Source: Amoebidium appalachense (lineage: Eukaryota > Protista > Ichthyosporea). Taken from it: a DNA stretch of 64,000 bases. Below the pieces are notes generated by a model. It saw nothing but the letters and a program-made list of their open reading frames with translations, ran no database searches and had not been told where the DNA came from. Of the stretch, positions 54,525 through 64,000 are shown piece by piece. The stretch is taken from assembly GCA_963693365.1 (NCBI GenBank), contig CAVNZM010000012.1:868001-932000 (forward strand), in the 5' to 3' direction. Position 1 is the first letter of the stretch. Every line of letters starts with the position of its first letter. Position numbers and translations under genes: made by a program.

Positions 54525-55214
54525 ATTCCCCGCCAAAAGAAAGCTCCACCCCAGCCCACCCCAATCTCTACCCAGCAAAAACACATACACACATATCTGG
54601 AGCTTCCTAGTTTTTGCTCGACAGGGCAAGAATTGTCCCCAAAACCCACATACTACAAACCTCTACTCACAGTGTGCCACCTCATTAAATGTGGAGCCTA
54701 AGAGATTTAAAGGCCCTAGAGGGGGGAGGGGGGGAGGGGGGGGAGGGGGGCGTGTGTGTGTGTGTGTGTGTGGGGGGGGGGGGTGGGCGTGTGTGGGGGG
54801 GGGGGGGAGGGGGGAAGGGGGCCTGGGGGAGAGTGGGGGGAGGGGGGAGAAGAGGAGGGACCACACACCGCCAAGCTCGTTTACACAAGTCCATAGGCCT
54901 CGGTACAGAGGCTCCCCATTGATGCCGGTGAGCTTCCCAATTTGGAAGGTGTGGTCGGCCTTGAGCACGTTGTTTACGGGCTTGAGCTGCGTGTCCAGGC
55001 TCTGGTACTTTGCCGTGCGGTCGCTGAACTCAGTATACACGGCACTCAGGTATTTGCCTGAACCCCAAGTACTGTTAGAACTCCACCACCCTCCCATCAG
55101 GACCATCCCCCCCATTCCCTCTAGTCCCTCGTGTTCATCTCACCTCTCTGTATTTTCGTAAGTCTGTATGGCTTTTCCCATCTCAAAAACGCTACACACC
55201 CATCTCCGGCCGTT

Positions 55215-55250
<36 letters not shown>

Positions 55251-55428
55251 CCCCCGCCTCCCGGCGCGCGCAAACCCTCCAAGTCATTGCACCAACTTTC
55301 ACCTTCTTTCCCCTTTGTGCCCCATCTGCAGTTTGTCCCCTGCACGTCCGTTTGCCCTTCCCCCCACACCCTCCTGCCACTACTATAATAACCATTAAGT
55401 ACCGCCACCAAGATCCAGTCTACCACCA

Positions 55429-55484
<56 letters not shown>

Positions 55485-55636
55485 CCGCTCTCCACCTCCT
55501 TTCCCCCAACACACACAGACACACATGCGCACACCCACCATCTAATTTCAGGCATAACAGTTCTCCACGATTTCCCAAGCACACTCACTGGTACATGGAC
55601 CGTTATGCTTTCACCCCTCTGATGATCCCTCTGCCC

Positions 55637-55667
<31 letters not shown>

Positions 55668-55751
55668 ACCACCACCACCACCACCACCACCATGACTGAT
55701 TGCCACCACCACCACCTAATCCATCACCATGTCCCCCCTCCCCCCCCCCCC

Positions 55752-55782
<31 letters not shown>

Positions 55783-58700
55783 ACGGACCCACAAGTACAC
55801 GCACACTCACAGGCGCACATCCACCACCACACATCCACCACCACCATAATAGAAACTTATTGACCACACTTCCAAAACCCATTTCCAAGTCCCCCCCCCC
55901 CCCCTAAAAAAAAAAATAAAAAATAATAAAACAAAACCCTACCAAGCCAACCCAAAAAATGCCCAAGCACGTGCATACAAAACAATGGGGACCATTTACA
56001 CACCCAAAATGCAGTGCACACTTGCCTGAAGGCACATGTCCAGCGTAACCATTTTTGTCACCAAACGCCGAGAACTTAGCCGCCTGCTCCTCTGGGGGAA
56101 GTTCTGTCAGGCGCTGGTCGTGGGGGCGGAAATCGTTACGCTTTTTGAGTTCATACTTGGTCCAATGCAGCGCCCTCGAGTAATACAGGAGCCGCTGCTC
56201 GTCGTATCGCTGCTTGTGGAGCTCCGAGAGGAGGGTGGCAAAGGCGTTTGGGCCCACACCTTTGTCTGCCAGTGCACGCAACAATGTTACCACCTTTAGG
56301 TCGAGCCCACTGCGGTGGCTAAGGTAGGCCGGAAACTGATCACGCATGAAGAGTGGAAGGCGTTTAATTGTCTGGGGGTTTGTGCCGGCAAAGTTTTTTT
56401 TGCATGTGTCACAAAAGTACCGGGCCGTGATAATGTAGTAGCAGCTGTCAAAGTCGATAACACGCCGTCCTACGGGGTTGCTCATGAACCCATTGCGAGA
56501 AGTACGGTGTGGGTTGGGGTGGTTGTGGGGGTCCACGTAGTGATCATCGAAGGGGCACGGCACCATGAAACCGGGAGACAACCTTTCCGGAAGCCAGGCA
56601 AAACATCTGGGTTTGTAGAAAGGCGCTGGATCGCCCCCAAATTTAAAGCCTATAATGGGAGGTGGAAGATGCCACCCCACAGGCGTCTTCTCATCTTTGA
56701 GACTCTCTTTCACTGTGTGCAGGTGCGACTTGATTGTTTCGCCCGCCGCGTCAGAAAACTCCTCTCCACCGTCATCCCCGTCCGTATTATCTTCTCCCTC
56801 TTCCTCCCCTTCATCCTCGTCTACCCGGTACGCATCTGCTGCTGCATTTAGCAAAGGTTCCTCGTCGGGTTGCACCTGTATGTCTGGTGGGTGTGGAGCA
56901 GGGGCCCGATCCATTTCTCTTGGTAACGAATGGACGCTACCTGCCTCAACTACACGGGCCCTTATGTCGGCGGCCTTAGATAGAGGGGGCTGTTCGGGTT
57001 GTACGTTTACGTTTAGTTCCTGCAAAACAGCTTTGTTTGCCGTCCCAAAACCTGCAAAGTTCGCTAAAGGCTGAACAAATGCAGCATCTTTTTTTTTTTG
57101 CGCCCAGCTCCCTCCCTAGCTCCGCCTGTTTTATGCCCAGGGCGCTGTGTTGTGCCCTTAGGGCAGCCTGGCTTCATTTTAAACACTTGGGGCCTGGCCC
57201 CCTGCCCCCCTAGTGCGACTACGTTACCGCAAACATTCCCGTATTCCAGTGTGCTCGGCAATGCTGCTCATGGCCTTCCCGGACTGGTTGTGACCAGTAA
57301 AGAGCGCGCCAATTCCTGACCGCCGCCTACAGCAGTGTATGATCTGTTATCCATATTCGGCAAAAGGGGTCTTGCCCAACCAATGGCTTGAATCCTTGTA
57401 ACTTTGCTTTATCCATATAAGGTTAGCTGAACACCCCCCTCCAATCATACCCCCCCCTTCTCTCTAGTAGTAGCTCCTGGCATGCCGCACCCCCCCCCTT
57501 CTGTCCTGACTCCCTAGGATGTCACCTCAACACCGTCCGGCAAATTTGAGCTGACGATATCAAGAAGCGATTGGGCAAACCTGTGAGCCTAGGTTCTGAA
57601 AATCATAAAATGTCGTTCAATTTGTCGAATGTCATGCATTCTTTAAACAACACTGAGCAAAAATGCAATAAGGAAGAAACAAGTGCTGATTAAAACCCAA
57701 TAGTAAAGCAAATTGCAACATTCCATTGTAAAATTATTATCCTGTGATCTGCTGATATCCAATCAGCACGCGAATGTTTACGAGACTATTGTCCAGCACT
57801 CAGTATTTGCCTTTTGGCAATCTTGTCGGTCATAGTTTTCACCTGCCGTCACCCTCCCTCATTTTACCGTGTGATGGGCGTGTCTGTGCTCGCCACGTTG
57901 TTTGTACAAATAGGGAAAAGTAGTAGTTTAGAATAGAAACTACACGTGTTTCGTGGCGAGAATAGTGTCTAGCTGTTGACACTCCTGTTAGTTTAGGTAT
58001 ATTATAAGCCAACTCGCGTAAGCCTAGGTAGGAGCTGAATTGTAGAGTGGGTAGCCATTTTGGGCAGAAAATCAAAGTGGGCCCGAACTTGCTGCGAAAA
58101 TCCACGTGCATATGTAAAACGAGGTAAGTTACTTGTGTTTTTTTTGTCATTTTCACTAAACTGAATGCCTCACAGCTCTAGAAAGGCTGATTGATACACA
58201 AGTCACATGTGTATTCGTACTGCTCTGTTTCTACTGGCCTTGTATCGGGGACGTTGCTTTCGTGTTAGGTGATGGTTTCGTTTTCTGTACTCTTGTCTTA
58301 ACAACGGAGTAGTTTGTAAGCCAAGTTTCTCTTTTCTAGTTTACCCACCACATTATAAATTATGTTTGGTTGTGTGTTAGGCAATGACGCTGTTGGAAAA
58401 GTCGGGAAAGTGTGTAGCAGGGGAGTTGGCTGGTATTGTGTCCGACCACATGTGTGGGAAGTGGTTAAAAATACACGCACGGGCGACCCTGTGCACGTTT
58501 GTTGTAGAACGTTTAGTAAGCTACGGTACCTCTTGATTATAATTGAAAGCAACCAGGAGAAAACGTTTTGATTTATTTTTAGGGGAGTGTGGCCGTACAA
58601 GGGTCAAATTAAAGGTGAATGTGCCACATTTGAACTTAAAAGAACATGTTCATGTTCAAGTTAGTATCGTGGTGCCAAAATTTCTCGATCTATTCCCTCT

Positions 58701-59461
58701 CATTTTCCCTTTTTCCCCTCCCACCATCTCGTCCATAAAAGGAAGTGGGCTTTTGTTTTGTGCTTCATGCGTCCACGGTTGATCTTTTCCTCTTTCTTTT
58801 TCTTTCCCCTGTGGTCTGGGTAAATATGCATAAAAACAGGTTTCTCTTCCATGTGTGATGGATTATGTGGCTGTTGGCCTTATTTAAAGGTTGCCCTAGA
58901 CAACCTCGTGGGCGAATTAAGATGCATGCAACCCATGTTTTTTCCAAAAGAAAGGAATGAGAGCATTTACACATCGATCCCCTCACGCATCTCAACGGTC
59001 TTACGTGTTTTCCGGGCCTGCTGCCCCTGTCCTTGTGCGGTGTGTTTCTCGTCCGAGATTGTTGCATATGCAGCATGCACAAATTCTCGGAATATTGCTT
59101 ATCTACTATCTGTGTGTTTTTTCCTTGTAAAAGCCTCCCTGTTTGCTTTGCCTTTTCCTCGTGTATGCATGCATTCACTCCCCCGGGGGCAGTGCTCTGC
59201 TTTATCATGTGTGCAAAACGACACGCATATGTTTGTGGTGTGATTCTGTGCGGGCACGTAGCAAGTGGCATACACACTAGCAGGCAATTTATACACGAGC
59301 ATTTCATGCATATTTGAAGAGAATACGGGAATTGAAGCGTCAATCGGCGTGCTCATTGGGGCTTGCAAGTTGCGTTTGTCTTGTTGCTGTCTATTCACCC
59401 GGGCTTTCTACGGGTGCCATCCTGTCTGTGTTTTGTTTGAGTTAGTGATTAATTGGTGAGG

Positions 59462-59584
<123 letters not shown>

Positions 59585-59638
59585 GCCGGTGGTGGCGGTG
59601 TTTTCTGTGCTTTTCTTCTTCTTCTTCTTTTTTTTTTT

Positions 59639-59670
<32 letters not shown>

Positions 59671-60516
59671 GAGAGTTTGGCCTCTCCTGTTTGCTTGTTC
59701 ATTGTGGCCATCTACTTTTAACGTTGTACGGGGCGCAAGAGGGTGGTGTGGGTTGCGGGGTGCATTTTTGTGTCTTGTGGGTTTGGTGCTTTTTTTTGGT
59801 TTGGGTTGGTGTGTGTGTTTGTGTGGTGGTGGTGGTGGGGTGTGTGTGTTTTTGTTTTTTTTTTTGTTTTTTTTTGGGGGGGGGGTACGTCTTTGACATG
59901 TTATTGCCTTCTGCCATAGTGGTGCACTGTTTTTCAGTTTGCCTGTTTCTGCTTGACGGATGACAAACACATGGCTTTCGTCTTTTTGACAAGTGCAAGG
60001 CCTGAACATCTTTCTGCGCTGGCCGTTGCTGTTAACACCTTGCACCCACACACACCTACACAGGCGCGTGCGCACACACACCACACACATGCGTACACAC
60101 GCGCGCGTGTGCACTAACACTCACACTCACGCGCGTGCACACACCCACACAAACCCACACACACGCACGGGTGTGGGCGCGTGCACACAAACATTTATAC
60201 CCGTACAACACACGCGCGCGCGCATGCGCATGCGCGCGCCTGTGCACACGCACACGCGCACACAAACATGTGCGCACACCACACATTGTAAAAAGTGGCA
60301 GCACACACAATGTAAGAGTAGAGGGAGAAAAGCAAGTTAATGACTAGCAGAGCAAGCCCTTGCATGTGCTTCAACACTGTGACTTGCCGTTACTCACATT
60401 GCTTCCCCATCCCTTTTCTTCATCTATCCCCGTTTTACGTTTTTGCATCATTTCAACCCAATTATGGTGCAATCATGTGTTTTTCTGACCGTATGGGATG
60501 GGTTTCAGTGCCTAAG

Positions 60517-64000
<3,484 letters not shown>

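Larger units (their letters stand above)
49258..57177 (-). mobile_element. Spliced DDE/DxxH transposase-like gene (~1540 codons) with an inserted WRN-type 3'-5' exonuclease
   Basis: Exons 57177-56026 (frame break at the A11 run, 57089-57099), 55057-54869, 53874-53044, 52594-51954, 51483-51277 and 50856-49258 join in phase. Candidate catalytic motifs: KADHTF (D 54954-54956), FYTDRCC (D 53753-53755), NDAFH (DxxH 52071-52082), RCIRGTNEVEG (E 50728-50730). Exonuclease motifs: GLDCEW, GKQIGTD, YAALDA. No termini were found. Confidence 0.75.

Noticed and set aside
47631-57594. ACCTAGGCT inverted match as the transposon TIR
   Set aside because: Only 9 bp are exact, the motif recurs at 58021-58029, and no target duplication is visible. 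It is kept only as a candidate.

Overview
Intron-rich eukaryotic DNA. The gene content suggests a unicellular holozoan or other opisthokont, but that is inference only. Introns and spacers are packed with poly(G)/poly(C) tracts and (CA/GT)n microsatellites, which generate most of the spurious ORFs in the track. Hand-spliced genes: an unknown membrane protein (-), a 23-exon ISWI/SNF2H remodeller (+), an intronless 7-finger C2H2 protein (-), glycerol kinase (+), a RING-zinc finger-coiled coil-MATH TRAF-type ligase (-), a bacterial-looking M20 amidohydrolase (-) and a Kelch-repeat gene (+) that runs off the end. The most unusual feature is a 6-exon gene of about 1540 codons (49258-57177, -). It encodes a DDE/DxxH-type transposase-like protein with an intact WRN-type DEDDy 3'-5' exonuclease inserted inside the catalytic core. 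It also has two GC donors, a -1 frame break at an A11/A_AAA_AAG run and no clear termini. Other elements: a ~560-bp MITE, a Helitron-like 3' end next to the zinc finger gene, and a family of ~140-bp poly(C)-flanked intronic repeats. No database searches were possible, so family names rest on motif recognition.
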